A stretch of DNA of 64,000 nt from Selaginella moellendorffii (lineage: Eukaryota > Plantae > Lycopodiophyta): the NCBI RefSeq assembly GCF_000143415.4, contig NW_003314286.1, positions 325,766-389,765 of the forward strand, in the 5' to 3' direction. Shown in pieces: positions 24,588-38,120 of the stretch. Each line of letters opens with the position of its first letter. The stretch's first letter is position 1. The notes beneath the pieces were generated by a model. That model worked only from the letters and a program-made list of their open reading frames with translations, did not search any database and had not been told where the DNA came from. The position numbers were made by a program, and so were the translations under genes.

Positions 24588-25574
24588 TTAGCAAAGAAAG
24601 GGGAATGCTAATCTTTTCTCTTCACCATTCTAATACTCATCCTTTGAGTGATGAGCTTTGGAAAGACCACCATCTGCAGCAGGTTTCTATAGGCGAGCAG
24701 CTGCATTTGCAGGCAACCATGAAGAATGTTACTAATGCTTATAATAATAATACATAATATAGTAATAGTATTCACAAGAGGAGGACGAAAAGAGAGTGTT
24801 ATTCAAGAGGATGAGTAAAGAAATTGGTAAAACCAACACAATATAAATCAATTGGTTAAACACTAATATTTTTTGGTATTTTGGTTTGCTAGTAAACATA
24901 TTTAGCTACATAATTGTATAACTAAAAGTCTTTTACTGAGAAACTTTTTTTTCTTACAAAATTTCAAAATTGGAAACATCACCTTTACATTCTTTCAGAG
25001 TTTAAATGCATTTGCTTTTGGTGTCTCATAAATAGAGATATTGTGCATACTGATCAATTCAAAGAAACTAATTATTAAAAGCTTACTAGGTGATGGATTT
25101 TGTTTCAAGGTGGCCTCTCTCCATTCCTTGTATTCTAAGCATGTTGTCCTACCTAGATCATGTATAAAAACCAAACTAATGCCTTTAAAACTTGTAAGTT
25201 GTAACAAGGAAATCAATGCCTTCCTATTGACCTCAAGAATCTACAACTTAATGTATTTCTAAGCATATCTGCTAATAAAGAGAGCCAGCTCAACAAAAGG
25301 AGTCATTAAGAATATTTTAAAAATATTTTGGTACACTAAAGAATATTTTCCAAACATGTATTTTAAACAAAATAGTAATTTAAATAATATCTAGATCTTG
25401 TGAGGTCCAAGTGTATGGCTACGATGCTGTATACTAATATTAGCGTAGTGGGATTTTGGTAACTATCAAATTGGTTTCAATTCAAACCACTCACTCCTGT
25501 ATATAAACTAGGGTTTTTGGGCTAATTGATATGCACATTTTCTGTATCCCTTTCTATATTCTATACACTCATAT

Positions 25575-25590
25575 TGGTGAAGATATGGGG
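25575..25590 (+). promoter_or_regulatory. PBS complementary to the tRNA-Ala 3' end
   Basis: TGGTGAAGATATGGGG versus the expected TGGTGGAGATGCGGGG. The copy at 42961 reads GGTGGAGGTGAGGGG. Confidence 0.65.
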
Positions 25591-28500
25591 CACTTTTAAT
25601 TGTCCTTGAGAAGTGTTTAGATTTGGGATTTTGGTTTAAATCTAACTTTTGCATCATCTAGATCTAGTTTTTTCCATTTCCTTTTTTTTGTTTTTTCCTT
25701 TCAAGATTTAGTTTTTTGCATTGTCTAGATCTCCCTTTCCTTTGAGCCTTTTTTCATCTCTCTTCTTTTTCTCTTTCCTTTTCATTCATCTTCATGGCAG
25801 ATTAGTAATCTCCTCCTCCTTTAACTCTGGAGCAACATTTAGTACAATTAGTTGATGCTATGTGATTGTAATTGAACAACCAAACTTAGTTGATGGTGGC
25901 ATTCATGGCATGTAGTACAAGTCCTCTTGTTCTTGGTGCCAATCCTTGCATTCAGCCAGAGTTTTTTCACAAGAATGCTAAGGATGATGTGTACTATTGA
26001 TTTAATCACTTTACGGTGATTGCCACATATCATTCTTGGGATGATGCTTGACATTTGCATGAGTTTCCCACGTGTCTTCAAGGGACGGCATTAGAGTGGT
26101 ACAATGGTTTGAGCGTAGCCACTTGTGAGGATTGAAGTGGTCTATTGAACATCTTTAAATGCATATTTAAACATGTTGACGATTGTGATGATGCTTTCGA
26201 ACAATTGCATCATCTTCGTCAAAGGCCATTTGAGTCGATGATGCAATTTGGTGTTCGTTTTCAAAGCTTCTTGCTTCATGTGGAGCCAAATATGTTGGAG
26301 CGGATCAAGCTAGAAATGTTATGGCTAGCACTTTATCAAAATTTTGTCGGACTTGTGCATGCACTTGCTCCCACCACCCTTGATGATGTTTTTTATTTGG
26401 CACAACGTTATAAGATGTCACCTCTTCCACTTCTCACTTCATGTCGTTTAGCTCCATTTCCTATGGGTGATGGTCCTGTTCTAATGGAGGTTGATGCTAC
26501 AACTGCTCAAGTCCAAGGACAAAGGTGAGGTTGTGGTCGTGGCTATGATATTTTTGTGATAAAGCCTGATGGGAGTATTTGTTTTTGCATTGACTATTAT
26601 CTGCTAAACGAAGTGACGATCCCGGATGTGTACCCTCTTCTTCACACCATTGATCTCTTGGATCATCTGGGCAAAGTCATTGGTTCACCAAGTTAGATCT
26701 TGCTTCTAGTTATTAGCAAGTATCGATGGCTAAAGAAGATATTCCTAAGACTCCTTTTTGTACACTGTTTGGTTTGTATGAGTTGTTGGTGATGCCGTTT
26801 GGTTTAAACAATGCTCCTGCAACTTTCCAATGGATGATGGATGAGGTTTTTTGTGATATGCCGAAGGTCACTGCTAACTTTATTAATGATGTCTTGATCC
26901 ACTCGGAGGGGACGTGGGAGGAGCATATTCATAATGTTTGTAAAGTGTTGGATCAGCTACGGGACGTTGGTCTAAAGTTGAAGCTGGTGCATGTTTGGGT
27001 CCAAGGACATGACTTATCTTGGGTACTATATTTATCGTAAGGGTTTGCAAGTTGATCATGACAAACTTATGGATATTATAAAGTTCCTTACTCCGAAGTG
27101 TGTGAATGATGTGTAGCAATTCCTCGGCAAGGTGAAGTATCCTGGTTGTTTTGTAAATTATCTTTCTAATCGCACTGCACCATTGCAAGTATTGCTGAAC
27201 TCACTAATGTCATCTTTCATCTGGTCTCCAGATTGTGAGTGAGCATTCATGGATCTCAAAGAGCTATTGACGACTCCTCTGGCATATCCTGACTGCACTC
27301 AACCTTTTATTTTATGCGTGGATGCTTTTGATATTGGTCTTGGAGGTGTATTGATGCAAGAGAGCATAATTATGTCTAGTCAGTGCCATCTCATTGCATA
27401 TATAACCCATACATTACAATCAGCAAAGGTGAACTACTCCATGATAGAGAAGGAGTGTTTAACAACAGTTTGGGGTTTTGAGAAACTTCATGCATATCTA
27501 CATGGTTCTCAGACGTTACTTGAAGTGATCATGCTGCCGTTACTTCATTATTGAAGAGAAAAAACTTGGTTGGTCGTACTACTTGGTGGGCTTTGAAGTT
27601 TCAGATATATGATTTTGGTGTTGTTTATCACCCAGGGAGTTTTGTGGATAATATTGATGCCCTTTCTCGAGCTCCTCTTCCTTCTCCACTCTCTTCTCAT
27701 ATTTTTAATGAGCTTGTTATTCCAGCATCTGTGGATTTTCTAGATAAGGATTTTGTGCCGTTGGTGGTTATTGTACTTGACATTTAGTGTTCACAAGGTG
27801 TAGAGCAAGATCTACCTTCTCTTAATGAGATTCACGAGGCTTAAAAGGTTGAGTTGTGGATTTGAATGCTTCGAGATGGGTTTGAGAATCCTGCATCACT
27901 TGCTGATAACTTGCCATTCTGACATTTACATTCTCAATATCACTTTAAAGATGACCTTCTTTATTTTGTGGGGACGGATTCTGATGATCCTTTATCGTTG
28001 GTGGTGCCTTTTGTCTTTATTCTACGCTTTCTCCATGCCTACCATGATTCTCTTGTTTTAGACAGGTATACAGGACATCGTTGTGTGACTGAGAAGCTGC
28101 ACAAGTCTTTCTATTGGCCGGAGATGCAACATGATGTTATCTGGTATGTGCATAACTATATTTGGTGCCAAGCCCGTAATACTCCCCCTTGTGCCTCGGA
28201 AAGACAGTTGGAGTCAATTGCAGTTTCTCATCCATTTGAGTTGGTGGCATTTGATCTTATGGGACCTTTTCCACGATTAACTACTGGCAATGAGTATGTT
28301 ATTATTGCTTCTGACTATTTGACTCATTGGGTGGAAGTTAGTGCTCTTGCTAGTGCCTCTGCAACTGCTGTTGTATACTTCCTCCTCAATCGAGTGGTGT
28401 TCCAACATTCTTGTCTAGAGCGGATTCTTTTGGACAATGGTCTTGCATTTATGGTTGAAACATTTTATGTTTTGACGTCTCAGTTAGGGATACACCACAC

Positions 28501-28660
28501 TTTCATAAGTGATTATCATCCACAATAAAACGGTTTGGTGGAACGACTTGTTCGGACATTCAAAGGGTTGATTGCAAAGTACGTGACCTTTCAGCATTCG
28601 AATTAGGATGGTTATTTGCTGTCTCTTTAGTATGCATTAGTCATAAACATATAGAGTTTT

Positions 28661-31600
28661 TGTCGCGCATGTGACTTCGGGTATCGAAAGTTACCTGTCG
28701 ACCAATCCTTACGGACACTCTTACCTTACTGCCACGATGGCAGGAGGTCGGTATTGCTGGACCCGTTATCAGTTTCCCACTTGAGCTAGTTGAGAAACTG
28801 GTCAATGACCGTGTACTTAAATCGGATAAACATAAGGTAGGAACCCTATGTGTTTCTTGCTGAGCATACTCGGCCTGGTTTGAGAAACTCCTGTCATTGG
28901 CTTGCACTTGCTAGTATCAAGAACCCCCGCGATATTGAGCTTGGTCCCTCAATATCGCTAGATGATAGCTTACCGTGTCTGCCAAACACCCTCGCTATCA
29001 TGTTGCCCTTTATGTTAGTCTCATTTCGGTCCTAAATGCTATTTATGGAAAGTGTCCAGATTTGCTCATTTGGCATATCTACGGAATGTAGAGATCGGCC
29101 TGAACACAATGGTGTTCGTCCCGTGTCCAAATTCGCAATCTAGGGACATTCCATATTTAGTAAGTTTCGAGCTTGTCCTAGAGACTAACTCCTGATACTA
29201 AGGGAGGCTTGGGGTGAAAGCCCAAAGCGTGTGTTCCTCAAGGGGGGGGGGCTGTGGGGGGTTCCAAATGTATAGTAGGGATAGTGGGTAGGTCGGGCAT
29301 GGCCGACCAACCTGAGGCATAGTCTAGCTCCCGCTTGCGTGCCTGTCCTTGTTCTGCGTCCGGCTTGGGTCTAAGCCCAAGTTCCATTCCATGCTAGCTG
29401 GTGGAGTACCCATATCCTCACGTTAGGCCACCGGTATGCCGAAATAGCGCCAGACTCCGTTTGGCTCCGTTTTGCGTGCTGGTCCTGGCATTGGTATGCT
29501 GGTTGCTCCAGGACTGTTCCAAGTCGCTCCGGGCTCCTATCCCTTCGCTCCTTGGGCTATATGCTCGGGAGTTGCTCCGTGGTCCGGTTCCATCACTCCT
29601 TGGCGTCACGCTTGGGAGTTTGGCACCGTTCCTTCGTTCAGTGGCCCAAGGCCCTGAACCTCGGGTTCCTATGGACACGTGGCACGGACACGTGGTATGT
29701 GACACGTGGCATCTGTCACGTGGCACAAAGAGGGTTTAGGTTCCGCTTCGTGGTGTTATCCTATGGTAAATCACCATAGGATAAAGGGTCAAAACCACGT
29801 GCGCTACATTTGGTATCAGAGGATGAGTCTCAGCGAGTACTATTCAATGAGATTGGGCAACCAGTCTCGTTGCATACGCAGAGATGAAAACGATGATCCG
29901 AGTGGGTACACGTTTTGGGTGCAAAGGCTTCGCAATTGGTTCCTTGGGTATGGATATTGTTACCTTGTTGTACCTTATGATGTGAGCTTGCGCTTGGGCT
30001 CATAGGATGGTTTGGAGATGTTCCGTTTGCACGAGTTTGAGCTTGAGCTCGTGAGTGAGGCACATTAGCAACTCGAGGTTACACTTTGAGTTGGCAGGAT
30101 TAATGTTAGCCTATCGTTGGTTCCATAAGTTGTTCTAGTGGTTCCATGAGTTGTTCCATGTACCATGGGTGAAAGCAAACCTCCCTGGGTTTGCTATGAG
30201 TGGCAAATAGGCTGGTCCGTAGCTGTTTAGCACGGCACTAGTGGATCCCTCCTAGGCATGATTATAATTGGATCAATCAAGACCATAGGGATTAGTCTAT
30301 TGGTTCAAGTAATCATGGTCGTGCTTTCTCATAAACTTTTCTTCGATTAAACTGAAGGCAGTGCGAAAGCAAGCTTGAAGTTTGGTCAAAGATGAGACCG
30401 AAAAGAGAGTCGTCGGGGATGAAGGATCAAATACGTAAATCATTTTCTCTTCTTGGAGAGATGATCTGCAACGAGGTGTTAACTCATTGCTTGTATTCAC
30501 ATCATGCAATCAAGAGTCCCTATCTTGATGCATGTTGGAGATGGTGGTTTTACAATGGTGAGTTGTGGGATGGATAGCGGTGAAGCGCTAAACCATTTTG
30601 TCTAAGCTTGCTATTGGAAGACTTGGGTTGCAATGCTCAATTCTTTTTCGAGAAACCTTGCTATTGCTCCTTGAGTAGCTTGGTGTTGGATTAGTGTTGA
30701 GTTTGGTCGGAAAGAGAGTGGCATGAGCTTGTCCGTGTTGTGAACAAAAGTTAGTGGTGTTAGGTGTTGTAAATCTCTATTGATGGGGTGTGGCATTTAT
30801 GTTGCATTTTGTCAAATCGAGTTAGCACTTGATATTCACATAAACCTTTGCAGTAGTAACATGGGCATTGCTCATAGTGTTGCTTGATTGATGATCAAGT
30901 CATTGTGATTTATATCATATCCATGTGATAATGAGCAATGTGTTTACGAAGTTGCTTGGGTAAATGATGATCAACCCCAAAGTGGTTGATGGACAAGCTA
31001 GTCTACTTACACGAAGTAGCATTGTAGTAGCTTTGATTGGATTCTCTATAGTGGTCCATTATGCTAAGCTTAAGTAGGTACCTTGTTTCCTTAAGTTTGC
31101 CCACTAAGGTGTTGGAAAAGGGTTGTAGCATTCATTTGCTATAGCTTGTCGGTTGATCCGTTAGCACTTGGAGTAGATTGTTGGATGGAGAAGATGTGGA
31201 GTTGGGGCATTGACGTCACTAGCACTTGTGTTAGTGGAAGTGGCATTGTTATTTCAAGTGATGAGGAATTTTCCTTGGACCTTGATTTTTCCATGTCATT
31301 TTTTCTTGTTAGTGTTTTGGCTTCACATTGGATCTTGAAGATGATTGAAGAAGAGTGTTAGTGCAATGTGGATATCCGAAGATGTGGTCTTCGTGATCAA
31401 GCCTTGGATGTTCATTTTGCACTTTGCGGATGTCGGAGTTGGATGTCAGGAAAATGGGCAAAGATGTTCGATGCTTAAGCATGCTATTGGGTCATGAGAA
31501 TTTGTGTTGAGGTGAATCTATGTGAAGTTGTTGGTAGGAGGAAGTTGGTTGAGTCCTGAAAGTTTGCATTCCTGGACTGAGAGTCATTCTTTCTCTAGGA

Positions 31601-34600
31601 TGGAAAATTTTCCACAAATTTTCTTAGACTTTTCCAATGGCTGATCTATTGATCACTTTGCTCGAAAACCATTCCATTTTCGAAAGCCAGTACAAACTAG
31701 TGAAGGGGTTGGAGTTGACTTCGGTTGGCTTAGATCTTAGTAGGTAGTTTGTATGATGTGACCCGAAAGGGATGCTAACTTTTGGGGCTAAAGCAATTGA
31801 GTTGGATAGAGTCTGGAGTTGGTGTAGAAAAGTGGCCGCTGCACTTTTCTAAGAAAGGTGACTCTTATGCCTTTCTTTTGTAGCATTATGCTCGGTGGCA
31901 GGTTGCACCTTGCATTTCGCTAAGACTCTATGAGTAGTGAGCTCTCACTGATCTTGACTTGGTCTTGGTGGCCCTGCGCCTTGGCTGAGGATGGTGATGT
32001 TCAACTTAATTGTTTGAGTTTGAGATGTTAGTACCCATACTATAGCTTTGTCTATGAGGAGGTTGTGTACCGAAATGATCCATCTCATGGTCTTCACCTT
32101 AGTTTCGACTAAGTGTTGGTCATGCATAGCTAGCCTCTTCAAGGCATGCTCAGAGCTAGTGGCTAAATGCATTGGTAAGCTTATCGTGGTTGAGTTGGAT
32201 TCGAGTGGTCATTTGGTTTGTGCTTGCCTATGAACTTTTATCTCATACCTGGGGTATTACGTTCATGTTGGACAAGTATATGACTTGATGACGTGAGTTT
32301 AGTGTTTGAGTCTTATGAAGGCAAGTTGAAGAGTGGTTGTTGGTTGCTTTGCGACTAATGGTTGCTTGTAGACTTCATCGAGGACTGTTAGACACTTGCT
32401 TCGCTTGATGAAGATTTAACAGTGATGGGTTTACTTTACCGGATGGTGTTGCGGAGGATCGTATCGTTAGACTTACATGGGTTTTCCATGTTGGCATGTC
32501 GACTCTACCTCTGTCGATATCATTTGGTTGCGTTTAGTTCATAGTGTTAGATTTCATGGAGTCTTGGACGTGGTGATGCACTCCTTGAGGAAGTGTTATC
32601 TGTACCTGAGTAATGTTGAAGAACTAGTCTCGGATACTAAAGTATCTTCGACTTTGGTTAGCTTGGTTGCAAGAGAGTTTTGAGTGGTGATTCACTCTTG
32701 CTTTCTTTTAGCTTTGTTTTGATGTTGATGGCATTGAGGTGATGCCTTGTCATTGATATTATTGATGTTGAGATTCAGGTGAGATGATATATCTATCCTT
32801 AGGATTGATATTGAGTTTCATTGCTCTCAATGAGGATAGTGTTGATGATTTGGCTATAGCTTTATGTTATTAGCATTCGTGCATTTGCTAGTTAGCAACT
32901 GTGTTGACATTCAAATAAACTGAGTGGCAAGTTTGAGTTAGTTGTGTTCTAGACGAGATTATTTAGTAGAGGGTTGAGCTTCGGCTTTTCCTTGAAAAGT
33001 GATTCAGTCATGGACTATGCTAGCTTTACAAGATGAAGAGTTAGTGATTGATATTGAAGATGTTGGTCCCTTGTTGGGTTTGCATTGGGATATATCAATT
33101 ATTGATGATTCCTTTTGTGCTTGTTATGACGTGAGTTACGTCTTGCTATAGATGGATTCATGGAGGATCGTTTGGTGATCACTTGTCGAGCATAGCTTCA
33201 TTATGTTTAGCTTTTGGGTTGATGCAGACATGCTCTTCATTAGCTTTGCATTATGAAGTTTAGCTTATGGATGTGTTGAGGAGGATATTGTGGGTGGTAC
33301 CATGATTTCTTCTTTAGCATTGAAGTTAGTTCATGCGAGACTCATGATCATTGTTAAGCAAAAACTTAGCTATAGGCTTCTTCACGCTTTTGGTTCTTTG
33401 AGTTTGGTGCTCATTGTTCCATTAGGTAGAAGTTGTTGGGGAAGGCATTTTTGCTCATTAGCTTTGATGTTGAAGTTGGCTTTTGCATCTGGCAATCATT
33501 GGTGATGATTGACTATCATTTAGGATAGTTGATTATCCTAGTCAAAAGATTTTGCTTGATTGTTGTTGATATCGAATGATTTACTATTCTTTGGGATGGT
33601 GGATTCCTTCTTTGACAATGATTATGCATTTCTTTCTTGATGGGATGATTGATGATCTTTCGTGATGGTTAGTTGTTCTCCTTGATGGCTTATGGCTTTT
33701 CGCAATACCACATGTTCCTTGTGGTTTGCTCTGGATTGGTCTCTTGGGTTTGAGACATTAGTAGGATGTCGCTGACACTTGCTAGAGCAACTTAAGTTCC
33801 TTAGTATTGTTGGCTGGGATTTATTTGGATTGGCTCATATGATAGTTGACATAACCGAGTGTTTGTTGGCCATGCAACATTCATTCTATTCTGTTGATTA
33901 TTGCTCGAGTTCGTTCTGATAGATTGGGATGTTATTTCCTTCGGGTGATACATTCGCGAGCATTTTGCTTGCCAGTCGATGATACTTTGTGTTCTTTGAG
34001 TTATCTTTTGTAAGTTGTTTAGCACTCTATCTGCAATCTTTAATGGTTAAGTTTCATCATTGAGTTTCATTGATGATATACTTGCTATTGAATTTTGTTT
34101 GATGGTGAATCCTATGTTTACCACTTATGATGATCTTGGTGGTTCATATCCTATAATACTGGTTTATCGGATGATAACTTACTTGGAATACTTTTGTGTT
34201 CTAATCTAAGATATATTCACTGATAATTAAGTCTCTACGATATCATTGTCTCTGACTTTGATATTGTCCATCTATTGATCTTTGAGTTTGGGCCAGTATA
34301 GGCAGACTGGCTTCGGCACTTCGTGTGCATGTTGAAATCTCTAGTCATGGGGTAGCTACTGTCGACTGGTCACATAACCCGCCTCTCTGTCAATGTTCCT
34401 TGTTCCGTTAAAAGGGCGTGACCGTGTAAACAACTCTAACTGCCTGTTTACAGTAGTCTATCTAAACCTTACCGACGGGTTTGGTTTCTTTGCTCAGGAG
34501 GGTTGGGGCCTCTGGCTTCTCTCTCTATGTCTCTGCGGGCAGGGCATATCACACTTTTGTAAGCTGGGTGACTCCCAGAGCAGCAAGGGTGGCTAACTCC

Positions 34601-35959
34601 GTTGGTCATTTCCTTGTCGGCGACGGCCGGAAGGTGTCTGAGCTGGTAGCGCATCCGCGTTAGACAAAGAGGTTACCGCTAACTCATTTAAGTTGGTGCA
34701 TTTCTCATATAGTGTGAGTACCGTGAACTTTTTCTGGAGTTGTTTCCTTGGCGGTATTCTAGACTCGAGTATGCATCGACGAGGACGTCGATCTTCCCTA
34801 GGGGGGGAGAGTGTCGCGCATGTGACTTCGGGTATCGAAAGTTACTTGTCGACCAATCCTTACGGACACTCTTACCTTACTGCCACGATGGCAGGAGGTC
34901 GGTATTGCTGGACCCGTTATCAGTTTCCCACTTGAGCTAGTTGAGAAACTGGTCAATGACCGTGTACTTAAATCGGATAAACATAAGGTAGGAACCCTAT
35001 GTGTTTCTTGCTGAGCATACTCGGCCTGGTTTGAGAAACTCCTGTCATTGGCTTGCACTTGCTAGTATCAAGAACCCCCGCGATATTGAGCTTGGTCCCT
35101 CAATATCGCTAGATGATAGCTTACCGTGTCTGCCAAACACCCTCGCTATCATGTTGCCCTTTATGTTAGTCTCATTTCGGTCCTAAATGCTATTTATGGA
35201 AAGTGTCCAGATTTGCTCATTTGGCATATCTACGGAATGTAGAGATCGGCCTGAACACAATGGTGTTCGTCCCGTGTCCAAATTCGCAATCTAGGGACAT
35301 TCCATATTTAGTAAGTTTCGAGCTTGTCCTAGAGACTAACTCCTGATACTAAGGGAGGCTTGGGGTGAAAGCCCAAAGCGTGTGTTCCTCAAGGGGGGGG
35401 GGCTGTGGGGGGTTCCAAATGTATAGTAGGGATAGTGGGTAGGTCGGGCATGGCCGACCAACCTGAGGCATAGTCTAGCTCCCGCTTGCGTGCCTGTCCT
35501 TGTTCTGCGTCCGGCTTGGGTCTAAGCCCAAGTTCCATTCCATGCTAGCTGGTGGAGTACCCATATCCTCACGTTAGGCCACCGGTATGCCGAAATAGTG
35601 CCAGACTCCGTTTAGCTCCGTTTTGCGTGCTGGTCCTGGCATTGGTATGCTGGTTGCTCCAGGACTGTTCCAAGTCGCTCCGGGCTCTTGTCCCTTCGCT
35701 CCTTGGGCTATATGCTCAGGAGTTGCTCCGTGGTCCGGTTCCATCACTCCTTGGCGTCACGCTTGGGAGTTTGGCACCGTTCGTTCGTTCAGTGGCCCAA
35801 GGCCCTGAACCTCGGGTTCCTATGGACACGTGGCACGGACACGTGGTATGTGACACGTGGCATCTGTCACGTGGCACAAAGAGGGTTTAGGTTCCGCTTC
35901 GTGGTGTTATCCTATGGTAAATCACCATAGGATAAAGGGTCAAAACCACGTGCGCTACA
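28661..35959 (+). mobile_element. Young non-autonomous LTR element (LARD-like, family A2)
   Basis: 1148-bp LTRs (28661-29808, 34812-35959) with ~7 differences by manual count; TSD GTTTT; PBS TGGTATCAGAG at 29811; PPT at ~34800-34811; 5-kb internal region with no ORF over 100 aa. Confidence 0.95.
34290..34799 (+). ncRNA. Second copy of the candidate structured 3' RNA element
   Basis: Covaries with 7660-8164. Confidence 0.6.
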
Positions 35960-36889
35960 GTTTTGTTGTTACTTCACCATATAAAATTCTATATGGTTAT
36001 GATCCAATATTATCAATGGTGTTGGGTTTACCTTTGTGATTGCCATGAGCTACTAATGCTAGGTCGTGGGATTAGTATTTGACAAGCATTCTTCAACTTG
36101 TCCGAACAAAGTCTGCTAAACACTTAGGCCGCGTACAAGTGGGACAATAACGGTGCTACAACTCCCATCATCGTCCGCCTATAGAGTACAAAGTGGATGA
36201 CTTGGTGTTAGTTCATTTTTCCCATTTTATGGTACGTGGTTTATCTAAAGGGCTCCTTGCTTAGTGTTGCAGCAAGTTGGACCACAAGTTTATGAGGTTT
36301 ATGAGTTTATAAGGCATGACATCCAACAAGCTAATCCTCCAAAAATTATGCATGTGCAACAGTTGAAACACTTCATACAAAGGGATCAAAAGCAGTTAAT
36401 ACCACTTACAGATCCACCAATGCCTCCTCTTGACATTCCTTTAGATCTTGGCCCATTTACAATAGAACTCTGATGGTCTTCCATTATTCTGAGAAGAAGG
36501 GATGATGTGAGGTCCAAATGTACGGCTACGATACCGTATATTAATATTAGCATAGTGGGATTTTAGTAGCTGTTAAATTGGTTTCAATTCGGACCACTCG
36601 CTCCTGTATATAAGTTACGGTTTTTGGGCTAAATGATATGCATATTTTTTGTATTTTCTTTCCATATTCCATGCACTCACAATCTAAAATTTTAGAATTT
36701 AAATAATAAATTCACAATATTTAGTATTACTAAATATATAATTATTAATATAAAATCCTAATTTATATATTAATATTTATTTATAAATATATCAAATTCA
36801 AATACAATACTAATAACTAGTTATTTTCCAATGTCTTTGATTCCTCTGACCATGCATTTGTAATGGTAAGGAACATTAATTTCTTGAGA

Positions 36890-38120
36890 AAAGTGAGATT
36901 GTTATTATAGTTGTAAAGTGTTCATTTCAAATTTAAAGCCTGTTTCAACTAAAGCATAAAGCTTCAAATTCATCAATTTCACCCAAATAACCAAATATAT
37001 AGTTTTTTTTTGTGTTTCGATAATTGATATTGCACAGCCCATGTGTGCAGAACTTTTGTAGGACATAACCATATGAATTGATCACATTGTTCTGGAAGAT
37101 TGCCATATTGTTTTCATCTACAAAAACAATCAGCTACAGTGTGTAAAGTTCATATAATAATTTTCTTACCACATAATATTCCTCTAATCCAAACAAAATA
37201 TTTGACTGTAGAACTTGCTCTAGGTTGACATATAGCTCACTAAATCTTATGAATATTTTGTTCTTTGACTTAGAAGTAGCTAAGCTTTTAATTGCTCAAA
37301 AGCATTGCTCCTATAGTTACATACTCATACTTGGGACAGTGCAAGTTTCTCGATTGCATGGGCTCACTTACTCATTGTTTTCTTCTAATAGTTTTAAAGT
37401 TCTCAAATGGGTTTATTGCAAATTAAATTCCAATAGCATTTAAAGGTGATCCCATCACTTTGTGAGGTTGTAACCAAGAGGTTGTTTCAATGTTATAATA
37501 AATAAACATTCCACCAAATCTTTAAAATTATATGTATTTTATTATAACTTGGCCTTTTATATAAGTGTGTATAAAGGTCTATTGTAAGATAGAGATGACC
37601 AAATCATTCTAGAAAGTTTTATATTAAAATATGCATTTAGAGCAACTTGTTTTCAATAGTGGGTAACAAGTATTTTAAAACTCATTTAATAAAGAAAGAG
37701 AAATAATAAAGAAATCAATGCTAGTAATTCTTTATCTGAGAAATAATTAAAGTCTTTAAATATAAAAAACGACTAAACCACCATGCTAGCTAAGTCTCTA
37801 GTTCTAAACTTGTATTCCCTGTAAACATTACTTTCAACCCACTAAAATGTATGAACTTGTATTACTTATTTAAATCTTCTAAAGTGTTTGTACTTTTTAA
37901 ACTCTAGCACAACCAATTGTGATTATCATGGCATTCACCTCAAATGCATTTCTCTATGTGTTTATGTAACTCTACTCCTAATAGAGAAAGCAATTCCTCT
38001 TTCAGATAATTAAAACTTTATTTTTGCCACCATTATAGATAATTTTAATGCTTCATCAATTTTTTTGTGCTTCATTACTCATGAAACTGTAAAGCATTTG
38101 TGGTGTTGAAAATTTTATTT
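36890..38120 (-). pseudogene. Decayed AT-rich intronless ORF, copy 2
   Basis: About 90 codons (KSLATSK...YVLQKFCTHGLC, ~37290-37015) with a single TAG, where copy 1 has a Gln codon. Confidence 0.45.

Larger units (their letters stand above)
21830..25398. repeat. Tandem-duplication unit, copy 2
   Basis: Collinear with copies 1 and 3, with indels; interrupted at 25399 by the family-B element. Confidence 0.85.
25399..36681 (+). mobile_element. Decayed Ty3/gypsy element with short LTRs and no recognisable chromodomain (family B), split by a nested insertion
   Basis: LTRs 25399-25573 and 36506-36681 (TGTGAG...CTCACA), 4-bp TSD ATCT, PPT GAGAAGAAGGGATGA. RT (VMPFGLNNAPATFQ, FIND), RH (CVDAF), INT (FDLMGPFP, DYHPQ*NGLVER) relics. 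Protease region missing. Confidence 0.9.

Noticed and set aside
29401-29739. 112-aa ORF repeated in the LTRs
   Set aside because: Recurs only because the LTRs are duplicates; no domain, non-ATG start, different ending in the copy at 99-401.
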